Shown: positions 1-12,944 of the stretch, piece by piece
Position numbering within the stretch: the stretch's first letter is position 1
Layout of the letters: every line of letters begins with the position of its first letter
Assembly (NCBI GenBank): GCA_030141605.1
Contig: JAQGDQ010000628.1
Location: 1 to 64,000, forward strand
Source: Tubiluchus corallicola
Taxonomy: Eukaryota > Animalia > Priapulida
Reading direction: 5' to 3'
Length of the DNA: 64,000 nucleotides
Position numbers and translations under genes: made by a program
Notes under the pieces: generated by a model
What the model was told of the DNA's origin: nothing
The model's input: the letters and a program-made list of their open reading frames with translations, nothing else
Database searches by the model: none

Positions 1-92
<92 letters not shown>

Positions 93-100
93 TTTCTCTC
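1..100. repeat. (CT)n microsatellite
   Basis: Pure TC dinucleotide run at window start. Confidence 0.97.
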
Positions 101-1711
101 CTCTATTCAAATATGTTTTTGGCAAACTGTTACGTTAGCTCACTTGCATGTATAGTAGTTCATTTTAATCTGTCGTTGATGGCGAGGATATTATGACACT
201 GGTGACGATTATGACAATTTTAACTACACTCTACAACGATGATGACGATGATAATGGCGTTAGGATGACGTTAAAGATGATAGTGGTGATAGATGATAAA
301 GAGAGAGAGAGAGAGGGGGGAGCGGCTTGATGAATTGTTTCTAAGTGCTAAACACAATCTATTTTCAGCGAGCTGTTACCAAAGACGTTCAATGGATCGT
401 CAGTAACAAGAACAGCAGCTGCAATTGTGAGTGTACCTGCAATACAGCTCTATGTGCTGTGACATGTATCATTAGCTTTGTAACGATTGCTTGATTTCGG
501 ACCCACGCGTCACGAGTTAAAAAGTTGAAAGTTGTGATTTCGTTGTGGAGCGCAGTTCTTATACAAAAGAGCAACAATGCGAATTCAGTAAAGTTCTAAA
601 TTACGATTTTCAAAAAATACAGCATCTTTGCAAGGCCCAAATATTGTCTGCTGAATCTTCAGTTTCTGACCACGTCAGAAACCTTGTAAACTAGTTATAT
701 CTTATAATTTTTATATACGTGTATTTAGGAATCATTGTGAAAGTAAATTTTAGCTTATTTAAAATAATTTTTGTAAATTTAGCATTATAATAATTTTAAT
801 TACAAATATTGCAGTAACAACGAATGATAAAGATCTGAAACATCCAGAACATTTCTTGTTAACACTTAACTAAATAAATGCCAGTTTTTGTAATGTAAAG
901 TTTTCATAGCCTATAATCTGTAAATCTAATATCTGACAGAACGGTTGAGCAAAATGGCTATGGGATTGAACCCTGAGACTACTTCAATTCAATTCAATTC
1001 ACATTTTTATTTCAGACACAAAATTCATACAATACAATATAGATATTAACTGAATAATATATATATATATATATATGAGACATTAAGACTACACATTAAA
1101 ACGTAAGACTAAATTTTCTGAAATCATAATAAAACACAGAAAATACAACTACAAACACACACATGCAAGAGGACACGCTAGTTTACCTAATTATAATACA
1201 AAAGACAATACACATGAAATTAATTCACTAAAAATGACTGTTTCCTACAACAAAAACGCATTGCAACAGACTCAGTAAATTATGCCACTTTCTAAAAAAA
1301 ATGTCAATTTATAAAACTATCACTCATTTTTAATGTTGCAAGAACTATATGTTTTGAACAATTTATTGCTACAGTTACAGTAGTTCTGCGGTACTAGACA
1401 GTTTCTTGGAATGACGTAATCTATCGTTTAACAAAGCCACTTATAGCTCAGATGGTTGACTAACAACTCTAATGTGGTAAATGCACAAGCATATGCTGTT
1501 TTTATTTCTTTCGTGTCTAACATTCTTTCTTTCAAAACAACAGGAAACGCCATGTTAGACAAGAAAGAGATATGTACAGCACCGAATCACGGCATTTGCC
1601 ACATTAATGTTAGAGAAGAAAAAAAGAACAGCAAAAACAAACAAAACGAAGGCAATAAACAAGTATGATTAGTAAGATTACAGGACGCTAAGAAATAGAA
1701 TACATGTTATA

Positions 1712-1944
1712 TTAGTGAAAAAGTATTACTATAAAATAAAGGATCAGTACGACAGGATTAAGTACTCTTATAGAAGCAGTTGAGCGAAGTTTCGCATTGG
1801 CTGGGTTGTTCTTTGAACAGAATTCTGCAAGTGTGATTTCGTTTAAATCATGGAGGCGTAGTGGTACAGCACAATCAATTACTGATTTAGCCCAGGGTTC
1901 TGACTTCGTCCATTTCATGTCACAATCGCACTGCAAGGGACTTT
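1712..1944 (-). CDS. LRR gene 1 last exon: LRRCT + GPI-anchor-like hydrophobic tail
   Basis: Acceptor ttttcttcag|AA AGT CCC TTG CAG TGC GAT TGT; ends ...NPVVLILYFIVILFH-stop. Confidence 0.85.
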
Positions 1945-4900
1945 CTGAAGAAAATGGAAATAATAATAGATTGGTTCTTAGGGTTACATGTTACGGAGTA
2001 AAAGCTAAAAGTTACTGAGACGTTAAAAATAAACTAAAAATTAAAAATAATTTATAGAGCAGCTAATAATAATTCATAAGACTTGTGCGACCTGACAGAA
2101 CTAAATCAATACTTACGTGATTTGATTACTTTACTAAACGTGTGCTTACGGGACTTGAGCTTTGGTTACTAACCAAAACTTACACGTCTTGATTACTTTA
2201 CTAAATCAGTGCTTACGCGATTTGTTTACTTTACTAAATCAGTGCTTGCGTGATGTGATTACTTTACTAAACGTGTGCTTACAGGATTTGAGCTTTGGTT
2301 ACTAACCAAAACTTGCACGACTCGATTGCTTTACTAAATCAGTGCTTACGTGATTTGTTTACTTTACTAAATCAGTGCTTACGCGATTTGTTTACTTTAC
2401 TAAATCAGTGCTTACGCGATTTGTTTACTTTACTAAATCAGTCCTTACGCGATTTGTTTACTTTACTAAATCAGTGCTTACGTGATTTGATTACTTTACT
2501 AAACGTGTGCTTACAGGACTTGAGCTTTGGTTACTAACCAAAACTTGCACGGCTTGATTGCTTTACTAAATCAGTGCTTACGCGATTTGTTTACTTTACT
2601 AAACGTGTGCTTACAGGATTTGAGCTTTGGTTACTAACCAAAACTTGCACGACTTGATTGCTTTACTAAATCAATGCTTACGCGATTTGTTTACTTTACT
2701 AAACGTGTGCTTACAGGATTTGAGCTTTGGTTACTAACCAAAACTTGCACGACTTGATTGCTTTACTAAATCAGTGCTTACGCGATTTGTTTATTTTACT
2801 AAATCAGTGCTTACAGGATTTGAGCTTTGATTACTAACCAAAACTTGCACGACTTGATTGCTTTACTAAATCAGTGCTTACGCGATTTGTTTACTTTACT
2901 AAATCAGTGCTTACGTGATTTGTTTACTTTACTAAATCAGTGCTTACATAGTTAACTGAGTGGGTCATGGTCTGACATTACCGACACTCGAGTTATTTAA
3001 AGCTTTCAAAGAATCACAACAGTCAGTAGAGAAGTCAAGAGGTAGATTGCTCACATGGATCTATTTGACAGAAAAAGACAAATAGAATAATGAAAAATAC
3101 TTAATCTGGTGAGTAGAAAAAGTTTTGTGGCGGCAAAAAGTAGTAAAAAGTTTTTTTAACATAGATGAAGCGTAAACATATAACATAGTGCAATATTCTT
3201 GAACAATTGATGAACATCATACAAAATAAAAACATCTTTTACATAAGTCGAGATTTTCAAGTGTTCCATACTAATAGTGTCAATATTCGAGTACCTAAAA
3301 CTACAGTATATTTCTGCCTGGGTCACATGATAATAGTATCCTTGAACATTTAATAAACGTCATACGAATGGAAACACGTTTTACGTATGTCGAGATTTTG
3401 TACTGTTCCATAGTAACAGAGTCTATTTTCGAGTACCGAAGGCTGCTGTATTTCTCTGCCAGTAACAAAAGTTTTTTTAACGGAGCAGAAGCGTAAACAT
3501 ATAAAACAGCACTCGGACTTTTCTGAAAAATTGCATCTATTAACAATAGTCACAAGCTGCCACTTGTTGATCTCTGGTTATTAGATTACCAAAGATAGTG
3601 TGAAAAAGATTAAGAATACAAATGTCGTTATAATGTACTTTGCATTCGTCACACTACAATTAATTGCAGAGCCTGCTTGTACCGTTGCATTGGGACTGAA
3701 GTATTGCTTTCATTTACTCATATTCTCTAAGAGGAGGTGCTAAGAGAATTGAAGTTGATGCTGCACCTTACAAGCATTGACTTAAGCAACCAGAATCATT
3801 ATAGTAAATGAAACTCCCCATGATGTGTATTGAACCAGATACCTTAAATGTGCTATTTCTAATGTCCTGCTTTAGAGGAAAGTCGTTCAAAGAATGCTAC
3901 GTTTAGCATAGACTCACCAGTTATACCTGAGGTCATTCTATGGATGTTACGTATAATGTAGGTACACCAGTTATTCCTAATGTTATACCTGAGGTTATTC
4001 TATGGAAGTCATGTATAATGTTGATGTAAAAGTTATTCCTAATGTTATACCTGAGGTCATTCTATGGATGTTATGTATAATGTAGATGTACCAGTTATTC
4101 CTAATGTTATACCTGAGATCATTCTATGGATGTTATGTATAATATAGGTACACCAGTTATTCCTAATGTTATACCTGAGGTTATTCTATGGATGTTATGT
4201 ATAATGTAGATGTACCAGTTATTCCTAATGTTATACCTGAGGACATTCTATGGAAGTTATGTATAGTGTTGATGTAAAAGTTATTCCTAATGTTATACCT
4301 GAGATCATTCTATGGATGTTATGTATAATGTAGATGTACCAGTTATTCCTAATGTTATACCTGAGGACATTCTATGGAAGTTATGTATAATGTAGATGTA
4401 CCAGTTATTCCTAATGTTATACCTGAGGTCATTCTATGGATGTTATGTATAATGTAGATGTACCAGTTATTTCTAATTTTACACTGGAAGTCTTTATATG
4501 GATGTTACGTATAATGTGGATGTATCAGTTATTCCTAATGTTATACCAGAGGACATTCCACGGATGTTACGTATAATGTAGATGTGCCAGTTATTTCTGA
4601 TATTATACCTGAGGTCATTCTATGGATGTAACAGATGTTGTACACCTACCTGTTATTTTCAATGCTAAGCTTGAGGGCGGGCGATAGGAATTGAGTTTTG
4701 GCTTCCGCATTTTCTCAATATTTGTCCCAGTGAAGACAATTGACCCAATCTTGAAATTGTTAGACAGATCTAAATCAGCATTCACCAGCTGCTTGCAGTC
4801 AATGATAGTTATCTGTTTTACGTAATTGGATTTGAAAAAAGCTTTTGGGTTGATTGTCTTCAATGCTTGATTGTGCGCAAGGATGATATTTGATCTAACG

Positions 4901-7900
4901 AAGCCATATATTGCATTTGCACCTAACTCTTCTAGCAGAGATTCTTCGATGGTTAATTCCGCCACATCTCTTTTGTTTAGAAACTTTGGAGGTAATTCTT
5001 TTGACTTATAGTTTAAAATTTTCAGCTCTTTCACGTAGCATGGTATTGCCATGGAAACAGCGTTCAGCGTATTCTTGAACAGCCGGCTTCCAAATTCACC
5101 ACAAACAACTATGCACCTGCCTCTGTCCGCAAAAGAAATCGAATTCCAGGAGCTACATTCTGCAATACGTACATCACAAGGGTATTGCCTGTCTAGATCT
5201 ATGGGCCATGGTGTGCTTGGCTTTTCGTCACACTGTTCGTATCTCTTGTCTGTATCTACCACTTGAGTCATAAGCTTTGTTGAACATGGACCAAACAGCC
5301 CTTTGGGACAGTATTGGCATTCAACTACAGATGTCTTCCATTTTATTTTTGCTACCCACAAGATGTCACACATGCAGTTAAACTTTTTATTACCTATAAG
5401 AAGAATTGGTATTAGGGATAAAACAATGATAGATAAACTACTACTGCCGACTTATATTTGCTAGGGGTGAGCACGCGTTTTTTTAGTTCGAACTCGATTC
5501 GAATCCAAAACTATAGATTCGAATAATTCAGCACTTCAGTCACATATGTTCCTGATCACTAAAACGATTGAAGCAACGTGCAATTAGCATAATTTAGCAG
5601 TGATTTCTGTGCACAATTTTAAACAAATTACTAGTCGTTTTATTGCAGAACAACATCTAATGATATGCATGTCTTTGTAAGATTAATTTTACTGGTGGTT
5701 CGAACACTTGTTCGAAAATCGTTCAATCTCAATTCGAATTCGGTTCGAATTCGAAACACTGAAGTTCGATTTGATTCGAATTCGAAAGTCACAAATTCGG
5801 TTCGATTCGAATTCGCTTTTTGGTAGAGAATGCTCACCCCTAATATTTGCGTAACACACTTTTGTACGGACACATTTTTATTGATCACTTGTTCGCCATG
5901 CATTCCTATGCCAAGTGTTTCAATTGTTCAATTGTTACTCTCTTCTTGTTATAATTCAATAGAATTTATGATGCTAAACCAGGGGTGTGCAAATTATCTG
6001 ACTAGCCGGGCCACATTAAACTTTCTCGCAATTCCTGTGGGCCACAGGCAGTTTGATCAAGGAGCCAAGTACAGAAAGGCCTAGTGACGATTTTTTTGCA
6101 TCCGACCCGCGTACATCATTACTACTACACTCAAGAAACTATTTTAGAAGTTATTAAAATTTATATTACTAACCATATGTTTCTACTTTCAGGACAGATA
6201 GTGGTAATTTCATTACAATGCATATTAGTAATGTGTATCACACAGTCTGTGTAGTACAGTGACATTAAGCTATAACTGTCTTGTAAGGGTTAATGGCATC
6301 CGATCTAGTAGAAAAAACTAACCGCACTATCTTTGGGATCGTGGCACGGACTTCAGCTGCATACACTCAATTAATCGCCCGGGCCGCACTTTCATTAGGT
6401 TGACAAATCTCTTCGCGGGCCGCACAAGATCTCTCGGCGGGCCGCAAGTGGCCCGTGGGCCGTAATTTCCACACCCCTGTGCTAAATGAACACTGTGTCG
6501 ATGGTGTCAAAGCATTGATAAATCATATTGCTATTGATATTACTTTAACAAAAAATGCTTACATAATTTGACTACTTTGCTAAATCAATACTTTCGCGAT
6601 TTGTTTGCATTACTAAATCGATGCTTACGTGATTTGAATATTTTACTAAAACAGTGCGTACATAATTTGACTACTTTACTAAATCAATGCATAATTGATT
6701 TGTTTACTTTATTAAATCAAGTCTTACGTGACTTGATTACTTTACTAAATCAATGCTTAAGTGATTTGACTACTTTGCTAAATCCGTACTTACGTGATTT
6801 GATTAGTGTACTAAATCAGAGCTTACGTGATATGATTACTTTACTAAATCAGTGCTTACGTGATTTGCTTACTTTACTAAATGTGTGCTTACACGATCTG
6901 AGCTTTGATTACTAACCAAAACTTACACGACTTGATTACTTTACTAAATCAATACTTATGTGACTTGACTGCTTTTTTAAATCAATGCTCACGTGATTTT
7001 TTTTACTTTACTAAATCAGTGCTTACGTGATTTGCTTACTTTACTAAATGTGTGCTTACACGATCTGAGCTTTGATTACTAACCAAAACTTACACGACTT
7101 GATTACTTTACTAAATCAATACTTATGTGACTTGACTGCTTTTTTAAATCAATGCTCACGTGATTTTTTTTACTTTACTAAATCAGTGCTTACGTGATTT
7201 GATTACTTTACTAAATGTGTGCTTACACGATCTGAGCTTTGATTACTAACCAAAACTTACACGACTTGATTACTTTACTAAATCAATACTTATGTGACTT
7301 GATTGCTTTTTTAAATCAATGCTCACGTGATTTTTTTACTTTACTAAATCAGTGCTTATATAGTTTGAGTAACGTGCTAAATGTAGCTGGTTGAAAGCTG
7401 TAATGTAGTACACTTTACAATAAAAAATGCACTTTATATTGACCGAATAGATTAATAGAACGTGGGGAGCCACCTGCACTACAGTAACATTTTTTGTGAC
7501 TAAATCGCCATCATTGTCACAATTCTTCATCACATCTTCCTAATAATTTGCATTGAATTGAATTATGACATGCACATCTTACAAAAAACTTTTACACGCG
7601 GCGATTTAGAAATGTAACAAATTATTTTACAGTTTTGCAAATATAATTTCATAGCTGTTTTACTGGGTTTGTCTTCATTGCATTTGCCTTGTTTCTTCGT
7701 TGATGGTTAATCTATTGTGACAATACGAAGTCATTAAGTTGTAATGTCAGGTTTTCATGGGTCTGGCTGTCCATGTCCAGCAGTTGGCAAACAGTTACAA
7801 AATATTCGTGTTCTATCCGTATTCACAAGAAGTTTTAGAAATTATTTTAAATGTCTAAAGTTTGTCGCCGAAGTCGCAAAACTCGCCACTTCGCAAAAGC

Positions 7901-9824
7901 ACAAATCGTTTCGAACATAAATTCAAATGCTTCAAAATATGACGCGACGACTTTGCGACTATCTTACGATTTTTTGGCGAAATTTTATGTTCGGTTATGC
8001 CACACTTTAGTTTCAATTCAATTCAATGCAATTTTTTACGTAACTAAGACCACACAAAATACAAATGCAATAGACGCACGTGTGCATGCATGTGCGTGTG
8101 CGTGTGCGTGTGCACGTGCGTGCACATATATATTAGATGTGTGTGGGTGTAGTTAATATATATTAACTACAATACATTTCAGAAGAGTTCCTCGCTTACC
8201 TGTTATTTTAAGTTCAACGTCTTTAGGCTGCCGCTGTGGGTGAAGTTTTGGCATAGGCATTTCAGTCAATCCTGTGTATTGCACATAAATCGCCTGTATC
8301 TCTGGACTACTAGACAAATTTAGAATTAAACTTTTGACCTGTGGACAGGATATGATTCTGATTTCGTATAAAATATTCAGCCGCCGAAACGCTTCTGGAG
8401 AAATCTCTGTCAGCAAATCCAACCTCTCCAATGTTAAGATTTTGTAGGGTGAACCTAGAATTGATGCATCCCCAATTTTCGCAATATCAGAATCGCGAAT
8501 TACTAGTGTATCAGCTTCTTTACCATTCATAAAACCACTCGGTAATTCCTTTTCCTTATAATTCAAAATTTCAAAATATCCAGTCCAACGAGGGAGTGAA
8601 TCAGTTATTTCTTTCAAGTCTGCTTCGTATAGGTAAGCCATGCCACCACAACCAACATAGCAGGTTTTATCGGGACGTTCAAAAGTCTTGCATTTGGGGA
8701 AATTAACTCCACATGTCATGTCCCCACATCCAATAAACTCGCCAATATCTATTTGCGGTTCTGTGTGCTTGAAAGGTGGAATTTTACAACCAATTATAGA
8801 CTTTTTCCAATTTTCGGCTTTTGTCCACCGCATGCGGCAGTCACAGAACAACGGATTTTCTAAAAACCAATTATCAGTAGATTAATTTTATCACTGTGTG
8901 AATTAGTAAGTGTTCTTTATCATAGAAACATACTATTTATAGTTGCTGTAAAGGACAAGAAAAAGGGCACCTGAAGTAAGTTGGCTTAAAAGGTTGTGAT
9001 ACTTTACAGCAATTTTAAGGGTTCATCGTACTCGCGTCAAAAGGATTCTTTGTTTGATTTCATTTTAAATTTCCGGCGACACTATTCCGACCACGCCATT
9101 ACATGACGTCATATATGCACGACGTAAATCAGGCAAAGAAAAGGAAATGTTTAACTACGTCCCAAAAACACATGTTTTAATACAAAATTAAGCTACTTAA
9201 GCGTTTCCCTTACCTGTTGGAAAGACTTATGTAACTAGAAAAAGAAATAATTTATTATTTACAATGTTTTCACCAATTGGTAAAATGTCATTGATCCAGC
9301 CTCTAGGGTGCAGCACACTAACCAAAAAACGTATTTGAATCTTATTGACAAGGTACAGCAATCTAAAATTTCACTTTCCCAATTTTATTCAGTGTTATCT
9401 AAACTTGTTTCAGACGACTTATCATCAAAATGGCTGCGTATAACGGTCATCACGGGAGTTGTTTTACATGTTTTTACAGCGCTACTGCCGACGCATGTCC
9501 TGTATGCAAAAAGGCTGTGTGTTAATTTTGTAAAAGTTCAAGACCAATTTTTTAAGCTTTATGTAAGTGGAGGGTATTCTCGTGCTTTAATTGATTAAGA
9601 CGGCACTGTGCTGCTTTTAATTTTGTGCAAATTTAAGAAGTTCTTTTAAATTTCAAGCCTACTTGGTGGTACTAATTAATTCAGGTCACTTGTAAAAATG
9701 CTAAAAAACATTTCCATTTCCACATTATGTGTTTTGCTCACATACTCTGAGGCTTTGATCATCTACAAAACACACTTGTTTCTATGTTTCTAAGGATCAA
9801 GCGTTGATTTGCTATTTTCTTTCC

Positions 9825-9859
<35 letters not shown>

Positions 9860-9879
9860 TCTCACTAACTCTCTGTTTC

Positions 9880-9969
<90 letters not shown>

Positions 9970-11141
9970 CCTCTCTTTTTTCTCTCTCTCTCATTCTCTC
10001 TCTGTCTGTGTCCCTTCCATCTGCTCCTCTCTCTGTCTCTGTCTCTCTGTCTCTCTCTGACTTTCTCACTCTCCCTTCTTCCCTCCTCTCTTTTCTTTCC
10101 TCCTTAGTTCTTTTATATACCTCGCGTTTGACATTACTTTATTTTAATATAATCAAAATTTTACGATTTACCTGTTAGCACTATTGTTACATCAGATGGC
10201 ATTGTTTGTCGATGCAGTATTGGCATGTCCATGTGAAACATCGCTGTTCCAGAAACAACGAGATATTCGATCCTCAGATTGCGTGACAGATCCAAATTTA
10301 CCGTGTCCAGCCTATTGCAGTTGACAATGTGAATACCCGTCACATATTCCATTTTTTCAAAAGCCTTCGGGAATACTTTGATAATCTTGTCATTGTCTAC
10401 TATCCACGCTGAATGTGTGACATTGGCATAGATAAAAGAATCATTTAGAGCTTCCAAGTTAGATTGAACTAGCTGAAATACCCCAATTGACTTGCCCTGT
10501 AGGAATTTGAGAGGAAGTTGATCGTCTTCGTAGTACCACAGTTCAAGCCGCTGGACGACGTCTGGCATCAAATTTTCCACCAATTTCATGTTAGGCAAGT
10601 TAGCCGGGGTGTAAGTACCCTTTCCACACACCAGACTGCATGGATTTTCACTAACCACTTTGCACAAACCATTTAAACGATCACACAGAATGCCGATTGG
10701 TACGGTTGGAGGCTGTGTTGGTGCTGTAGATTTCGTCGTTGTCACGTGACATATGTCGAAATCAGCAAGGGTCAAATCATCTGTTCTTGGGTATTTACAC
10801 TCAATGCGCGAGTCTTGCCAGTTCTCTGCTTTTGTCCACAACATCGAGCAATTGCAGTCAAGTGGATTATCTGCAACGAAAAAGAGAGAAAGAGAGTGAG
10901 AGAGAGAGGGGGAAGAGAAAGGAAAGGAAAGAGAGACAAAGAAAAAGAGAGAGAGAGAAACAGAGAGAGAGAGAGAGAGTGAGAGAGAGAGACAGAGAGA
11001 GAGAGGGGGGAAGAGAAAGGAAAGGAAAGAGAGACAAAGAAAAAGAGAGAGAGAGAGAAACAGAGAGAGAGAGAGTGTGTGAGAGAGAGGGGGGAAGAGA
11101 AAGGAAAGGAAAGAGAGACAAAGAAAAAGAGAAAGAGAGAG

Positions 11142-11182
<41 letters not shown>

Positions 11183-11833
11183 GGGGGGAGAGAGACTTGT
11201 GCATATTTTCCATCAAACACATTCAGTAGAAAATAAAAATATCTGAGGTGTATGGTTGTAACTAAATTCACTATAAACAGAGATAGATTGTCTAGTACAG
11301 CCCTAACTACAAAAATAAATATAAATAAATTAAAAGAAATCTCGAGCAGTACTTATGTAGGAACAAAATTTATTTCAGCTGCTGACGTTTCAACACTATG
11401 CCATAATCTGTTGAAATGTTAATTGTTGAAATAAATCATTCGCAACATAAGTACTGCTCGATGTTTCTTCTAATTTATATGTATTTATTTTTGTGCTCAA
11501 TGCTGTACTAGACACTCTGTCTATGTTTTTTCTTTTAATTATTTTTCTATTTATTGTTAAGCATCGGTTTTCCTGTCACAAATCTGTGTTTAAATGAGAA
11601 ACAACCAAAGAAAACAATAAAATAAAATGAATCAACTAATAAAAAGAATAACTTTATTGTCTGAAATTAAAATTTAAGAATGCAGTTCTTACAATGTAGC
11701 AGCGAATGTTGAAAACGAACGTAAGGATGCCTTTAAATGATCAAATGCACAAGCTTGAAAACAAAACAAAATGTTTCTTTCTTGTTCCAGAAACAACGAT
11801 CTACCATTTCTAAGGATCAAGCGTTGCTTTGGT

Positions 11834-11895
<62 letters not shown>

Positions 11896-12030
11896 TTGTA
11901 CTGTTATTTTATTTATTTATGTATTAATTTGCATGTGTTGAGAAGAGGTGTTATAAGTATTGTATGTCTTGTAATTATTGTTAGTTATGTGTTCTATGAA
12001 CCTGGTTCGAAATAAAGAGTTAAATCAAAT

Positions 12031-12101
<71 letters not shown>

Positions 12102-12127
12102 GCTTCTATCTCTCTCTCTCTCTCTCT

Positions 12128-12180
<53 letters not shown>

Positions 12181-12944
12181 TCTCTCTCGCTCCCTCGCTC
12201 TCTCTCTCTGATGAAAGCGAAAAGAGGAAAACTAGATGAAAGCACTAGATGAAAGAGGAAAAACGAAATAAACGCAAATTATTACTTACCATAAAAACAC
12301 AGGGAAACATCCCCAGGCGACACATTTGGATGGAAGGTTGGTCTGGGTAAGAAAGTAGTATCTGTTGATATTATATGTAACTGTGAAAAATGCGGATTGC
12401 CTGAAAAGTCCAATCTGTCGATGTCCAGGTTTTTGGAGAAAGTGATAGACAAACGTTTCAGGCTCTTTACTTTTGAAAACGCCATGGGATTAACTGCTTT
12501 CAATTTACTGTTGGCAATCATGTATAAAGATTCAATATCCCCATAAAAGGCGTCTTTTTCAAGGGCTTCAAGTGTCGAAGACTTTTTGAAACGGAACTCA
12601 ACCACCTGCTTGCCTTCTAGAAATTTCAAAGGCAACTTGATGGACTTGTAGTCTTTTATCTCCAACTCAGTCAAGTTGTTCTCTTCTTCTCTCATTAAGT
12701 CATTAAGCAAAATTGAGTCAAGTAGTTCGCCTGCACCACACCAAACGTGACAGAACTTTCCTGTTGATGTGAGACCATTGGACAATATTTCAAAGTCACA
12801 GTCGTCCCGTCCTGGAGCCTGGTTGCATGGATACTTAGTGACTGTTGAAGACCATTTTGTGGGCTTCACTTCACCACGATATGCTGTGATCGTACAGCAA
12901 TACGAAAGCATCCATATAGTAAGTAAATGAATATTATAAAACAT
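1712..12944 (-). CDS. LRR gene 1 (whole model): four-module LRR surface protein, predicted GPI-anchored, ~996 aa; exons 12944-12290, 10870-10172, 8859-8200, 5393-4650, 1944-1712
   Basis: All four introns are GT-AG and phase 1. Exon lengths 655+699+660+744+233=2991 nt join into one frame. Signal peptide MFYNIHLLTIWMLSYCCTITA, LRR strands, LRRCT motifs (NPLDCNC, NPLFCDC, KFNCMC, SPLQCDC), and a hydrophobic C-terminus with no cytoplasmic tail. Confidence 0.85.
2095..2950. repeat. 33-bp minisatellite with 100-bp higher-order repeat (intron 4 of LRR gene 1)
   Basis: Unit TTTGTTTACTTTACTAAATCAGTGCTTACGCGA; variant TGAGCTTTGG recurs at 2521, 2621, 2721, 2821. Confidence 0.95.
3915..4650. repeat. 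62-bp minisatellite, ~12 units, abutting the exon 4 donor
   Basis: CCAGTTATTCCTAATGTTATACCTGAGGTCATTCTATGGATGTTATGTATAATGTAGATGTA at 62-bp period (4091, 4153, 4215 ... 4587). Confidence 0.95.
4650..5393 (-). CDS. LRR gene 1 exon 4: LRRCT + Cys cap + LRR module 4
   Basis: Acceptor ttcttatag|GT AAT AAA AAG TTT AAC TGC ATG TGT, donor ACAG|GTAGGT, 744 nt, phase 1-1. Confidence 0.85.
5462..5842. mobile_element. hAT-like MITE
   Basis: TIR TAGGGGTGAGCA/TGCTCACCCCTA, perfect 8-bp TSD ATATTTGC, internal TTCGAA repeats. Confidence 0.9.
5980..6479. mobile_element. hAT (Charlie-like) MITE
   Basis: TIR CAGGGGTGTG/CACACCCCTG, 8-bp TSD TGCTAAAC/TGCTAAAT, subterminal GGGCCGCA motifs. Confidence 0.88.
6540..7360. 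repeat. Same 33-bp minisatellite family with 167-bp higher-order repeat (intron 3 of LRR gene 1)
   Basis: Same unit as 2095-2950; AGCTTTGATT variant at 6901, 7068, 7235. Confidence 0.93.
8200..8859 (-). CDS. LRR gene 1 exon 3: LRRCT + Cys cap + LRR module 3
   Basis: Acceptor ggtttttag|AA AAT CCG (E-N-P-L-F-C-D-C), donor ACAG|GTAAGC, 660 nt, phase 1-1. Confidence 0.88.
8950..9640 (+). mobile_element. Dispersed non-coding repeat (probable DNA-transposon derivative)
   Basis: Colinear similarity to 14270-14960 and 21915-22330; partial copies near 18740, 27870 and inverted near 49370-49520. Confidence 0.65.
9815..10105. repeat. CT-rich microsatellite
   Basis: (CT)n runs. Confidence 0.95.
10172..10870 (-). 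CDS. LRR gene 1 exon 2: LRRCT + Thr/Pro linker + Cys cap + LRR module 2
   Basis: Acceptor ttcgttgcag|AT AAT CCA (D-N-P-L-D-C-N-C), donor ACAG|GTAAAT, 699 nt, phase 1-1. Confidence 0.88.
10878..11195. repeat. GA-rich compound microsatellite (long pyrimidine tract before exon 2 on the minus strand)
   Basis: (GA)n with three copies of GGGGGAAGAGAAAGGAAAGGAAAGAGAGACAAAG. Confidence 0.93.
11837..11893. repeat. (AT)n microsatellite
   Basis: Pure TA run. Confidence 0.95.
12034..12210. repeat. (CT)n microsatellite
   Basis: TC run. Confidence 0.95.
12290..12944 (-). CDS. LRR gene 1 coding exon 1: signal peptide + Cys cap + LRR module 1
   Basis: ATG at 12944 in ORF 12282..13025. LRR strands LTELEIKDY, IESLYMIAN, LKRLSITFS, FSQLHIIST. 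Donor G|GTAAGT. Acceptor tttctctctatatattccag 6 nt upstream of the ATG. Confidence 0.85.

Noticed and set aside
2295-2537. ORFs of repeated LFTLLNQCLRD (also 6568-6915) that look like an LRR or coiled-coil protein
   Set aside because: They are translations of the 33-bp intronic minisatellite, antisense to the LRR gene, with non-ATG starts and broken by non-3n variant units.
9804-12245. ER/SL-rich ORFs (also 58049-58361) and HT/CV-rich ORFs at 39888-40387
   Set aside because: Stop-free translations of dinucleotide microsatellites; only 10172-10870 is coding.
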